From contig JAUSIH010000037.1 of assembly GCA_030648205.1 (NCBI GenBank), positions 3,744 through 67,743 of the forward strand: a DNA stretch of 64,000 nt, in the 5' to 3' direction. The notes under the pieces are model-generated. The model searched no databases. It saw nothing but the letters and a program-made list of their open reading frames with translations, and was not told where the DNA came from. The DNA comes from Dehalococcoidia bacterium. Its GTDB lineage: Bacteria; Chloroflexota; Dehalococcoidia; JAUSIH01. The stretch's first letter is position 1. Every line of letters begins with the position of its first letter. Positions 1-8,952 of the stretch are shown in pieces. Position numbers and translations under genes: made by a program.

Positions 1-528
1 CGCATTCATGGTCTGGCCGACAGGATTGCCCGGCGCATGGGTCTGCCCGACCAGGACCGGGCCGCTCTAGCCCTTGCCGCCGTCAGTAAAGACGTCGGTC
101 TTCTGGCCGTGCCGGACGGCATCCTGATGAAGCCGGGAACCCTGAACGCAGGGGAATGGGCGCACGTGTGGCTCCACGCGCCGGTGAGCGCGCAGTGTTT
201 CCAATGCGTATCCACACTGGGCGAGCACGGTCCCTCGGCGGCGCTTCCCATTGTTCGGCACCACCACGAGCGGTGGGACGGGACCGGGTATCCTGACGGC
301 CTCCGTGACAACGCCATTCCCCTGGGCGCCCGCGTTCTGGCCGTGGCCGATGCCTACGACTCCCTGACCCATGACCGTCCTCACCGGCGGCGCTACTCGC
401 AGCAGGAGGCGCAGGCCATTTTGCACGAAGGCGCGGGAAGCCAGTGGGACCCCACCATCGTCGCCACGCTCGGCGAGATTCTGGCTGATGCCGAGCATGG
501 CGGGGCGGAAGCAGACACGCTACAATAG
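1..528 (+). CDS. HD-GYP domain phosphodiesterase, C-terminal fragment (5' end outside window)
   Basis: Frame 1 is open from nt 1. Translation contains 'HHHERWDGTGYPDGL', the HD-GYP hallmark. Stop at 526-528. Confidence 0.7.
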   Translation, partial: RIHGLADRIARRMGLPDQDRAALALAAVSKDVGLLAVPDGILMKPGTLNAGEWAHVWLHAPVSAQCFQCVSTLGEHGPSAALPIVRHHHERWDGTGYPDGLRDNAIPLGARVLAVADAYDSLTHDRPHRRRYSQQEAQAILHEGAGSQWDPTIVATLGEILADAEHGGAEADTLQ

Positions 529-533
529 CGCGC

Positions 534-1745
534 ATGGGGCTTGACCTCTCCCGGACCGCGCGCCACATTGATAGCATGGCGGGCCGTCTCCACGACGGGG
601 CCGCCGACCAGGCCGGACGCCTGACGCGCGCCCGCGCTGTTCTGCATGCCCAGGATGCCCTGCTGGACGGGCTGCGGGAAAAGCTCAAGCGCGGCGGGGA
701 CAAGGTCAAGTTCCGGGTGGCGGGCCTTTCCGACGGTCTCGCCGCCCGCCACGCCGCGCCGAGCGCCCCGTCCGACTACGTGGCCCTGGGCGCCGACGGC
801 TCGCAAATCGAGGCCGACAGGCATACGCCCGCCGCATGCTTCCTGCTCAACATCGGCACGGTGTCCCTTCGCTATGGCGCGGCCCCCGGCGCCAGCCTGG
901 ACAGCGTCCCCCTGCTGCTCGCGGACGCCGCGGACCTGGAGGTGCGCGACCCCTCCAGCAGCCGGAGCGAGCGACTGGAGGGGCCGCTTCTGGGCGTGCG
1001 CCGGGCCATCGAGGAGCACAAGGCCCTGCTGGAGCTGGCGCGCCGCGCGCCCCCGGAGCTTCCGGTCGTGGCGCTGCTGGACGGTTCGCTGGTGCTGTGG
1101 ACGCTGGCGGAACAGGCCTACCCCGAGTTCGTGCGCGAGACGCTGCTGGACAAGGCGCTGCTGCCCGTCCTGGACGAGTTCGCCGCGCTGGCCCGGTCGC
1201 GGCCTCTGGCCCTTGCGAGCTACATCAGCTATCCTAGGAGCACGGACGTCGTCAACGCCCTGCGCGTCGCCGAGTGCCCGTACGCGCCGCCCGACTGCGA
1301 CCGCCACTGCTCCGGGATGGGCGCGTTCCAGCGCAAGTGCGACAAGGTGGGCGGCGTCCTTGACCGTGACCTGTTTAGCGGGCTGCTGGCCCCAGGCGAG
1401 CGCTCCGCCCTGTTCGATATCACGTCCAAGATCGTGCAGCGGTACGGGCGGCACGCGGTGCGGTTCTTCTACCTGAACGTGGGGAACGAGATCGCGCGGG
1501 TGGAGATGCCCCAGTGGGTGGCGGACTCGCCGCGCCTGCTGGACCTGGCCCACGGCCTGGCGCTCGACCAGTGCCGGCGCGGGCGCGGCTACCCGGTGTC
1601 CCTGTCGGAGGCGCACGAGCAGGCCGTGGTCCATGAGCCGGACCGCCAGCAGTTCTGGCATCTGGTGGAAAACGCCCTGGCCCGGCGCGGCATGCGCTCG
1701 GACACGTCCGCGAAGAACGTGAGCAAGAGGACGCGATGGCTATGA
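534..1745 (+). CDS. NurA-like 5'-3' nuclease
   Basis: 403 aa. 'YVALGADGSQIEADRH' matches NurA motif I (xDGS) and a second 'LLDGSLVLW' follows. It lies upstream of a HerA-like ATPase gene. Confidence 0.55.
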   Translation: MGLDLSRTARHIDSMAGRLHDGAADQAGRLTRARAVLHAQDALLDGLREKLKRGGDKVKFRVAGLSDGLAARHAAPSAPSDYVALGADGSQIEADRHTPAACFLLNIGTVSLRYGAAPGASLDSVPLLLADAADLEVRDPSSSRSERLEGPLLGVRRAIEEHKALLELARRAPPELPVVALLDGSLVLWTLAEQAYPEFVRETLLDKALLPVLDEFAALARSRPLALASYISYPRSTDVVNALRVAECPYAPPDCDRHCSGMGAFQRKCDKVGGVLDRDLFSGLLAPGERSALFDITSKIVQRYGRHAVRFFYLNVGNEIARVEMPQWVADSPRLLDLAHGLALDQCRRGRGYPVSLSEAHEQAVVHEPDRQQFWHLVENALARRGMRSDTSAKNVSKRTRWL

Positions 1746-2380
1746 CCAGCGGCGACAGCCCTTCCGCCGCAGCGCGCGCGCACGGCGCGGAAGGGCGGCG
1801 CATCGGCGAGGTGGTCCTGGCCGAAAGCGCGCGGTTCACCGTTCACTGCTACGATTTGCACGGAGCGCCGCCTCTGGGCGCGTTCCTGCGCGCCAGCAAC
1901 GGCCATACGCCGGTGTACGCCGTCGTGGCGGGCGCCTCCACGGTGAGCATTGACGCGGGACGGCGGCCCGTGGCCCTGGGCGCGGAGATGGAGAGCGAGG
2001 AGGAGGTGTACCGGAGCCAACCACAACTGGCGCAGCTCTTCCGGACGGAAGCGCAGGCCCTGGCCGTGGGCTTCCACGATCCTTCCACGGAAGGACCGCG
2101 GCACTACCTCCCGCCGCGTCCGCCGCGCATTCACGCTTTCGTGTACCTCTGTCCGCCGGAGGAGGTGCGGGCGTTCACCCAGTCGCTGGACTTCCTGGCG
2201 CTGCTGGCGAACGCGCCCATTCCCTCAGCGGACGACGTGCTGGCCGCGTGCGTCCGGGAGGCCGCCGCCGCCCACGACGACCGGCAGGCGTTCCTGCTGC
2301 GGGCGGGCCGGGAGACGGCGCGGCTGCTGGGCGCGGACGCGCAGCGGCTCATGGCTGTCCTGAAGCGCATACGGCCGTAG
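1736..2380 (+). CDS. hypothetical protein (overlaps NurA stop by 10 nt, probably co-transcribed)
   Basis: 214-aa ORF whose start is translationally coupled to the end of the NurA-like gene. No recognisable motif. Confidence 0.45.
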   Translation: MAMTSGDSPSAAARAHGAEGRRIGEVVLAESARFTVHCYDLHGAPPLGAFLRASNGHTPVYAVVAGASTVSIDAGRRPVALGAEMESEEEVYRSQPQLAQLFRTEAQALAVGFHDPSTEGPRHYLPPRPPRIHAFVYLCPPEEVRAFTQSLDFLALLANAPIPSADDVLAACVREAAAAHDDRQAFLLRAGRETARLLGADAQRLMAVLKRIRP

Positions 2381-2394
2381 GAGCTATTCCAAAA

Positions 2395-2812
2395 ATCGGC
2401 TTCATGGTTCGACCCTTCGGCTCTGCTCAGGGCAGGCAGGCTCACCATGAACGGGAAAACCACCGCTCACCCTGAGCTTGTCGAAGGGCGAACAGGCATT
2501 TTGAAATGACTTCTAGTGTGGTGTCTCCGAAATTCATTGCCAACGTCATTGCGAGCCCCGATGAAATCGGGGCGTGGCAATCTGGTTGCGGGGTACACCC
2601 CTCCTCCAGATTGCTTCGTCCTCCTTCCGCGGAAGGACTCCTCGCAATGACAATTCCTAAGCGTATTTCAAGGACAGGACGCCAGGTTCTGTTGACAATC
2701 TGCATTTCCCCGCTCATGGTGAGCTTGTCGAATCCATGAGCGGGATAACAATATCCCCCGCTCGCCCTGAGCTTGTCGAAGGGCGAGCGAACAAGGTCAA
2801 CAGAACCTAGCG
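2395..2812. repeat. composite MITE-like repeat cluster (modules 'gctcaccctgagcttgtcgaagggcga', hairpin 'gtcattgcgag...ctcgcaatgac', 'ctagtgtggtgtc')
   Basis: Sub-modules recur at 12826-12970, 26420-26700, 28330-28540, 32840-33060, 35832-36185 and 37303-37727. The ORFs inside (2442..2717, 2506..2739) are repeat-encoded artefacts. Confidence 0.75.
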
Positions 2813-2830
2813 CGGGAAGGAAAACGAGAG

Positions 2831-3721
2831 ATGAACATCGGCGTGATAGGAACGGGCAGAATCGGCTCGCGCATGGCGGCGAACCTGCTGAAGGCCGGCC
2901 ACAAGGTGTTTGTGCACGACGTCAGGAGAGAGGCGACGGACGCGCTCGTCAAGGCGGGCGCCGCGTGGGCGGACACGCCCGCCCGCGTCGCCGCGGCCAG
3001 CGACATGACCATTGCGTCGCTGCCCGGCCCTGCTGAAGTCGAGCAGGTCGCGCTGGGACAGGACGGCGTACTCGCCGGAGCGCGGAAGGGCCATATCTAC
3101 ATTGATACGACAAGCAGCTATCCCAGCCTGATACAGCGCATAGCGGCGGAGGCGGATAAGAAGGGCGTGCAGGTGATTGATGCGCCTCTGACGGGCGGCA
3201 CATCGGGCGCCGAAGCGGGGACGCTCATCTTCATCGCGGGCGGGTCGAAGGAGGCGCTGGAGAGGGCGCAGCCGATTCTGAGTGTGCTCGGCAGGAAGGT
3301 CTTTCACATGGGGCCGAGCGGCTCCGGCAACGCCGCGAAGCTGGTCAACAACATGCTCGGCCAGATAGAGGTCTATGCCTTCGCGGAGGCCCTGGCCTTG
3401 TCGGCGAAGTTTGGCCTGGACCTCAAGCAGGTTGTGGAACTGCTCAGCAGCGGGCAGACCGGCAGCGGCATCCTCACCCAGTTCTACATGAGCAAGGGGC
3501 TGAAGGGAGACTTCGAGCCGGGCTTTACCGTGGACCTGGCGTTCAAGGACCAGACACTCATTGCACAACTTGGCAGGGAGCTTGGCGTGCCGCTCTATTT
3601 CAACGCGCTTGTCCTTCAGAGGATTGCCGATACGCGCGCCCGGGGCTTGGGGTCGAAAGACCACACGGCGGCTATCATTCCGCTGGAGGAACTGCTCAAG
3701 GTCAAGATCAGGGTCGAGTAG
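2831..3721 (+). CDS. NAD-binding 3-hydroxyisobutyrate / 6-phosphogluconate dehydrogenase-family oxidoreductase
   Basis: N-terminal Rossmann motif 'MNIGVIGTGRIGSRMAANLLKAGHKV'. The 296-aa length and C-terminal helices match the HIBADH family. SD 'ggaaggaaaacgagag' precedes the ATG. Confidence 0.8.
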   Translation: MNIGVIGTGRIGSRMAANLLKAGHKVFVHDVRREATDALVKAGAAWADTPARVAAASDMTIASLPGPAEVEQVALGQDGVLAGARKGHIYIDTTSSYPSLIQRIAAEADKKGVQVIDAPLTGGTSGAEAGTLIFIAGGSKEALERAQPILSVLGRKVFHMGPSGSGNAAKLVNNMLGQIEVYAFAEALALSAKFGLDLKQVVELLSSGQTGSGILTQFYMSKGLKGDFEPGFTVDLAFKDQTLIAQLGRELGVPLYFNALVLQRIADTRARGLGSKDHTAAIIPLEELLKVKIRVE

Positions 3722-3820
3722 ACGCGAGGCCCACGCGCCGTCGGACGGTCCGACGGACATCGCTCGCCACGAAAGTTGCTCTGTATGCTACAATCCGAAT
3801 CGTTCTGCCTATGAATAAGT

Positions 3821-5467
3821 ATGAATAAGCAAGACGTGAACAAGGACGGCGCGCAGGCCCAGCGGCTCGGCGCGGTCGTCGGCGGATCGCTCGGCGAGGG
3901 GCTGGACGTCCACCTGGACGCCGACGTCTCAGTGGAGGACGTCAAGGTTGGCCGCTTCGTTACCATCCAGGGCCAGAAGCAGCGCTTCTTCGGCGTGGTG
4001 ACGGACGTGGCCCTGGCCTCCGCCGACCAGCGGCTGTCCGCCATCCCGCCGGACGCCAGCGACCCCTTCATCGCGCAGGTGCTGGCGGGCACGGGCGCGT
4101 ACGGCCTTATCACTGTCACGCCCATGCTCACCCTCGGCGGCGGCATCGCGGGCATCGAGGGGCCGCAGCCGGTCAAGACGGTGCCGTCGCACTTCTCGGA
4201 GGCGCGCACCGCCACGGACGCGGACGTGGAGCTGGTCTTCGGGCGCGAGGACGAGCACCATTTCGTGGTGGGCACGCCGCTGGACATGGAGACCAGGGTC
4301 TGCCTGGACCTGCACGAGTTTGTGAAGCGGAGCAACGGGGTCTTCGGCAAGAGCGGCACGGGCAAGAGCTTCCTCACGCGGTTGCTGCTGATTGGCATCA
4401 TTCAGAAGCAGGCGGCGGTCAACCTCGTCTTCGACATGCACAACGACTATGGGTGGGAGGCGCCCCGCGAGGGCGGCCCGCCCGTCAAGGGCCTGAAGCA
4501 GTTCGCCCCGGGCAGGGTGGCCGTGCTGACCCTCGACCCCGAGAACGCGCGCCGACGCCGCGTGTCCACGGACGGCGATGTCCAGATTGGCTTTGAGGAT
4601 GTGCAGCCGGAAGACATCGCCATGCTGCGCGAGACGCTCAACCTCACGCCGCTGGCGGCCCAGTCCGTGTACCGGCTGGTGAAGCGCTTCGGCTCGAAGA
4701 AGTGGTTGGGGGAGTTTCTAGCGCTGGACGCGGAGGGCGTGAACGCGCTGGCCGCCGAACTCGGCGAGCACGAAGGGACGCTCCACAACCTGAGGCGGGG
4801 CCTCGACCGGCTAGGCCGCATGGGCTTCCTGGCGCCGCGCGCTCCGGTGGACTCGGTGCAGACCATCCTGTCCAACCTCCAGCAGGGGAAACACGTCGTG
4901 CTGGAGTTCGGGCGGTACGGCGAAGACCTTGCCGCCTACGTCCTCGTCGCCAACATGCTGACCCGGCGCATCCGCGAGCGCTACGTGCATCTGATGGAGC
5001 AGGCCCAGGGCGATAGGGGCCAGATGCCCCGGCCCGTCGTCATCACCATTGAGGAAGCGCACAAGTTCCTGAGTCCCGAGGTGGCTGGCATGACCGCCTT
5101 CGGGACCATTGCACGGGAAATGCGCAAGTACAACGTCACCCTGCTGGTGGTGGACCAGCGTCCCAGCGGCATTGACGAGGAGGTCATGTCGCAGATCGGC
5201 ACCAAGATCACCTGTCTGCTGGACAACGAGCGGGACATTGACGCGGTGCTGACGGGCGTCTCCGGCAGCCGGGAGCTGCGCGGCGTCCTGGCCAAGCTGG
5301 AAACGAAGCAGCAGGCGCTCATCTTCGGGCACGCGGTGCCCATGCCCGTGGTCATCAAGACACGGGAGTACGGCACCGCCAAGTCCTACGCGGAGCTGAA
5401 GTTCGCGGACGCCTCTCAGTTGAAGCGCGCCGCCGAGGATGACATAGACCTGTTTCCCAAGCAGTAG
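3821..5467 (+). CDS. HerA-like (FtsK/HerA superfamily) ATPase
   Basis: N-terminal HAS-barrel-like region ('VKVGRFVTIQGQKQRFFGVVTDV'). Walker A 'FGKSGTGKSF', Walker B 'VVITIEEAHKF' and the HerA C-terminal 'LLVVDQRPSGIDEEV' are present. Confidence 0.75.
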   Translation: MNKQDVNKDGAQAQRLGAVVGGSLGEGLDVHLDADVSVEDVKVGRFVTIQGQKQRFFGVVTDVALASADQRLSAIPPDASDPFIAQVLAGTGAYGLITVTPMLTLGGGIAGIEGPQPVKTVPSHFSEARTATDADVELVFGREDEHHFVVGTPLDMETRVCLDLHEFVKRSNGVFGKSGTGKSFLTRLLLIGIIQKQAAVNLVFDMHNDYGWEAPREGGPPVKGLKQFAPGRVAVLTLDPENARRRRVSTDGDVQIGFEDVQPEDIAMLRETLNLTPLAAQSVYRLVKRFGSKKWLGEFLALDAEGVNALAAELGEHEGTLHNLRRGLDRLGRMGFLAPRAPVDSVQTILSNLQQGKHVVLEFGRYGEDLAAYVLVANMLTRRIRERYVHLMEQAQGDRGQMPRPVVITIEEAHKFLSPEVAGMTAFGTIAREMRKYNVTLLVVDQRPSGIDEEVMSQIGTKITCLLDNERDIDAVLTGVSGSRELRGVLAKLETKQQALIFGHAVPMPVVIKTREYGTAKSYAELKFADASQLKRAAEDDIDLFPKQ

Positions 5468-5542
5468 CAAGCGGTGCGCTGGCAAGAGGGATTCGCGGCG
5501 CGCCGCCAAGCAAGAATACTGACGACGCATAAGGAGGCATGT

Positions 5543-6673
5543 ATGCAAGCTCTGGTCATCGGCGGGAGCGGCCCGACGGGCCCGTTCATCATCAACGGGC
5601 TGCTGGCCCGGGGCTATCAGGTCACGGTGCTGCACCGCGGCTTTCACGAAGTGGAGTACGACAAGCCGGTAGAGCACATTCACACGGACCCCTACTTCCC
5701 GGAGCCGGTGAAGCAGGCGCTGGGCGACCGTCGCTTTGACGTCGCCATCGTCACCTACGGGCGGACCCGCCACATCGCGGACATCCTCGCGGGCAGGGTC
5801 AAGCACCTGCTGACGGCCAGCGGCTCGCCCGCCTACCTGGGGTGGCTGGACCAGAGCCAGGCGCCCAACGGGCGGCTGGTCGGCCCTCTGCGCGAGGACG
5901 ATCCCGTTGTCCGCGACCCCAGCGTCAACAAGTTGTGCTCGCTGGTCGTCGCGACGGAAGACAGCATCCTTGAGCATGGCAAGAAGGGCGACTTCCAGAC
6001 GACCATCTTCCGCTATCCGAACATCTACGGGCCGCGCATGCTCAACCCCCGCGAGTGGTGCGTCGTCCGCCGCGTCCGCGACGGGCGCAAGTTCATGATC
6101 CTGCCCTTCGGCGGCATGACCTTCCACGAGCGGACCTACGCGGAGAACGCCGCCTACGCCTTCATGCTGGCCGTGGAAAAGCCCTTGGCCGCGAACGGGC
6201 AGATTTACAACCTGGCCGAGGAGCGCAAGTACAGCCTGCGCCAGGTGGTGGAGGTCGTGCTGGAGGTCATGGGGGCCAAGATGGAGTTCCTGGACCTGCC
6301 CTGGGACTGGGCGGAGGCGGGAAAGCCGTTCATCCGGCACTGGCACCACAAATTGCTGGACAGCACCAAGCTCCGTCAGCAGCTTGGCTACACGGAGTTC
6401 GTTCCCACCGCGGAGGCGATGCGCAGGACGGTGGAGTGGTACGTGAAGAACCCGTTGAAGCCGGGCTGCGAGGAGGAGAAGACCCTGCAGGACGCCTTCG
6501 ACTACGCGGCGGAGGACAGGGTGTATGCGATTTGCAAAGAGACGTCCGCCAGACTGGCGGAAGCGTACCAGTCCAAGTTCGCCTGGCGCCACACGTACGA
6601 GCACCCGAAGGAGGTGGGCGAGAAGCGCTACGAGCAGGGATCGGCTCCAGGCAAGGGAAAGCAGCCGTCGTAA
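5543..6673 (+). CDS. atypical NAD(P)-binding (epimerase/NmrA-like) protein, paralog of 33109..34254
   Basis: 'MQALVIGGSGPTGPFIINGLLARGYQVTVLHRGFHEVEY'. SD 'aaggagg' lies 5 nt upstream of the ATG at 5543. About 50% identical to the protein at 33109. Confidence 0.65.
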   Translation: MQALVIGGSGPTGPFIINGLLARGYQVTVLHRGFHEVEYDKPVEHIHTDPYFPEPVKQALGDRRFDVAIVTYGRTRHIADILAGRVKHLLTASGSPAYLGWLDQSQAPNGRLVGPLREDDPVVRDPSVNKLCSLVVATEDSILEHGKKGDFQTTIFRYPNIYGPRMLNPREWCVVRRVRDGRKFMILPFGGMTFHERTYAENAAYAFMLAVEKPLAANGQIYNLAEERKYSLRQVVEVVLEVMGAKMEFLDLPWDWAEAGKPFIRHWHHKLLDSTKLRQQLGYTEFVPTAEAMRRTVEWYVKNPLKPGCEEEKTLQDAFDYAAEDRVYAICKETSARLAEAYQSKFAWRHTYEHPKEVGEKRYEQGSAPGKGKQPS

Positions 6674-6715
6674 CATCCCCGCGGTGCAAGAGGCGTCCAC
6701 GCTGAATCTCAACCT

Positions 6716-7780
6716 GTGAGGTCCGTCATGGCGACCCGCGCCCGCGTCCTGGACGTCCAGGACGACCTTGAGGTCATCAACGAGTACGCCTATGAGCAGG
6801 GCTGGACGGACGGCCTGCCGATTGTTCCGCCCACCCCTGCGCGCGTGAACGCGATGATGCGCGCCGTGGACCGCCGTCCGGATGACGTGGTGGCCCACCT
6901 GCCGCCGCTACGGGCCGCCGCGACGGTGGAGAAGATAGCCATCAGCGCCGTCATGGCGTGGTGCAAGCCGGAGTACTTCCCCGTCGTGCTCGCCGCGGTG
7001 GAGGCCGCCGCGGACCCGCGTCTGTGCATTATGGCCATGAACACGACAACGAACCCCACCGTGCCGTTCGTGCTCGTGAACGGGCCTGTGCGCAACGACA
7101 TAGACCTGAACTGCTCGTGGAGCGTGCTGGGGCCGCGCAAGCGCGCCAACGCGACGATTGGCCGCGCTCTCAGCCTCATCATGATCAATTTGGCGGGTCG
7201 TTTGCCGGAGCAGACGTGCAAGGCGACGTGGAAGATGCCGGGCGCGTTCACCATGTGCGCGGGTGAATACGAGGAGGAAAGCCCCTGGGAGCCTTTCCAT
7301 ACAGACCGGGGCTTCAAGAAGGACGAGAGCACGGTCACGCTCATGTCGCCCGTCTCCGCCGTGAACATCGTGGACAATGAGAGCCAGACGCCGGACGAGC
7401 TGCTCGCCAACATCAACGCGGGCATGTTGGGCGCGGGCAGCAACAACGTCTTTCCTTTCTACGGCATCGGGAACATGGGGCTGATGCTCTGCCCCAACCA
7501 TGCACAGCTTCTGGCCCGGCAGTACACTCGGCGACAGCTCCAGGAGCACTTCCTGACTCACCTCAGGCTGCCTGCGTCGTACCTCAGCCCCCGGCGCGTG
7601 GCGATGATGAAGTCGGCGGACCTGGGGCAGATTGAGGACGGCTATGTGCGGTACGCCGCCCGCGCCGACCAGTTCCTGATCTTCGTGGCGGGCGGACTCG
7701 GCGGGCTGCATTCCGGATTCTTCCCCACGCTGGGCGACTCCAAGGCGGTGACGTACCCCATCCGCCTGCCCGACAGATAG
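6716..7780 (+). CDS. uncharacterised conserved protein, 'GWTDGLPxVPPT' family, paralog 1
   Basis: 354 aa. Shares 'EQGWTDGLPIVPPTPARV...AISAVMAWCKPEYFPVVLAAVEA...VNGPVR...IGRA' with the ORFs at 7800 and 11769. Confidence 0.6.
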   Translation: MRSVMATRARVLDVQDDLEVINEYAYEQGWTDGLPIVPPTPARVNAMMRAVDRRPDDVVAHLPPLRAAATVEKIAISAVMAWCKPEYFPVVLAAVEAAADPRLCIMAMNTTTNPTVPFVLVNGPVRNDIDLNCSWSVLGPRKRANATIGRALSLIMINLAGRLPEQTCKATWKMPGAFTMCAGEYEEESPWEPFHTDRGFKKDESTVTLMSPVSAVNIVDNESQTPDELLANINAGMLGAGSNNVFPFYGIGNMGLMLCPNHAQLLARQYTRRQLQEHFLTHLRLPASYLSPRRVAMMKSADLGQIEDGYVRYAARADQFLIFVAGGLGGLHSGFFPTLGDSKAVTYPIRLPDR

Positions 7781-7799
7781 ACCGAATCGCGGGACGAGG

Positions 7800-8867
7800 T
7801 TGCGCATGGACCTTCAGTCACAGCGCGTGGAGACGGCGGGCGCCGACGATGCGATAGAGCTGTTCTTCGATAAGGGGTGGACGGACGGCCTGCCGGTCGT
7901 GCCGCCCACGGCGGAGCGGGTGGAGCGCATGATCGCCGCCGGTGGCCGTGGGGCGGATGAGCTTGTCGGCCTCATTCCGCCCAAGGGAAGCGCCGGTACG
8001 GTCGAAAAGCTGGCCGTGAACGCCGTGATGGCGGGCTGCAAGCCGGAGTACTTCCCCGTCGTCCTTGCCGCAGTGGATGCGATGCTCGCCCCCGAGTTCA
8101 ACTGGAACGGCGTCGCCACCACGGCGCACATCGCGTCGCCGCTCGTCATCGTGCACGGCCCTGTGCGCAAGCGCATTGGCGTGAACTGTGGCTGGGGGGT
8201 CTTCGGCAACGGGTGGCGCGCGAACGGGACCATAGGGCGCGCGGTCGCCCTCATCATGTGGAACCTGGGGGGCGCCATCCCCGGCGAGACCTGTCGCAAG
8301 ACCATGGGTCACCCGGGCAAGTGGAGCTACTGCATCGGCGAGAACGAGGAGGTCAGCCCGTGGCCGCCGTTCCACGCGGAGCGGGGATTCAAGCCGGAGC
8401 AGAGCGCGGTGACGGTCTTCGGGTGCGAGGCGCCGCACGGCGTGCGCTCGGTGGGCGACGCGAAGGCCGTGATGTACAGCATTGCCAGCGCGTACTCGAC
8501 CATTGCGAACAACAACATAGCGTACATGGGCCAGGCGCTGGTGGTCGTCGGCTCCCTCTGTGCCGAGGTGTTCAGGAACGAGAATTGGTCCAGGCAAGCG
8601 GTGCAGGAGTTCATCTGGCAGCACGCGCGCCTGCCCGTGGGCGTGGTGGACGGAAGCGGCACGTACTCCGAGGGGCTGGAGCACCACTTCTGGCCGCAGT
8701 GGGTGGACAGGAAGAATCCCCGCGATCTCGCGCCCATCACGAAAAGGCCGGAGGACATCCACGTGCTGGTGGCCGGCGGCTATGGCCGCTCGTGCGCCAT
8801 CTGCCCTGGCTGGGGTGAATTCGGCGGTTTCGCGGTCACGCGGGAGGTCCGGCTGGCTTCCCGCTAA
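7800..8867 (+). CDS. uncharacterised conserved protein, 'GWTDGLPxVPPT' family, paralog 2
   Basis: 355 aa. 'DKGWTDGLPVVPPTAERV...NAVMAGCKPEYFPVVLAAVDA', collinear with paralogs 1 and 3. Confidence 0.6.
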   Translation: MRMDLQSQRVETAGADDAIELFFDKGWTDGLPVVPPTAERVERMIAAGGRGADELVGLIPPKGSAGTVEKLAVNAVMAGCKPEYFPVVLAAVDAMLAPEFNWNGVATTAHIASPLVIVHGPVRKRIGVNCGWGVFGNGWRANGTIGRAVALIMWNLGGAIPGETCRKTMGHPGKWSYCIGENEEVSPWPPFHAERGFKPEQSAVTVFGCEAPHGVRSVGDAKAVMYSIASAYSTIANNNIAYMGQALVVVGSLCAEVFRNENWSRQAVQEFIWQHARLPVGVVDGSGTYSEGLEHHFWPQWVDRKNPRDLAPITKRPEDIHVLVAGGYGRSCAICPGWGEFGGFAVTREVRLASR

Positions 8868-8901
8868 ACCGGCCAGCCGCCAACCGCGCAGCGCCGAGAA
8901 A

Positions 8902-8940
8902 CGAAGGAGCGCCCCTCCGAGGGGCGCTCCTTCGTTCTGC
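8902..8940. terminator. bidirectional intrinsic terminator (perfect palindrome 'cgaaggagcgcccctc/cgaggggcgctccttcg')
   Basis: A 16-bp perfect inverted repeat lies between convergent genes (7800..8867 + and 8953..10704 -), followed by 'ttct'. Confidence 0.6.
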
Positions 8941-8952
8941 CGGGACCTGGCG

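Noticed and set aside
393-1661. 422-aa minus-strand ORF
   Set aside because: It lies entirely antisense to the HD-GYP and NurA-like genes. High GC suppresses stops in alternative frames. It has no motifs and is Arg/Ala/Pro-rich.
2506-2739. Short ORFs encoding peptides like '...VIASPDEIGAWQSG...PSAEGLLAMT' (also 35837..36235, 37359..37700, 26538..26819, 12730..13092)
   Set aside because: They are encoded entirely by the MITE-like repeat modules (hairpin 'gtcattgcgag...cgcaatgac' and so on). They are the classic repeat-derived pseudo-ORFs and were not called as genes.
4811-6898. 695-aa minus-strand ORF
   Set aside because: It lies antisense to the 3' end of HerA and the whole NAD-binding gene. 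It has GC-artefact composition (R/G/A/P rich).
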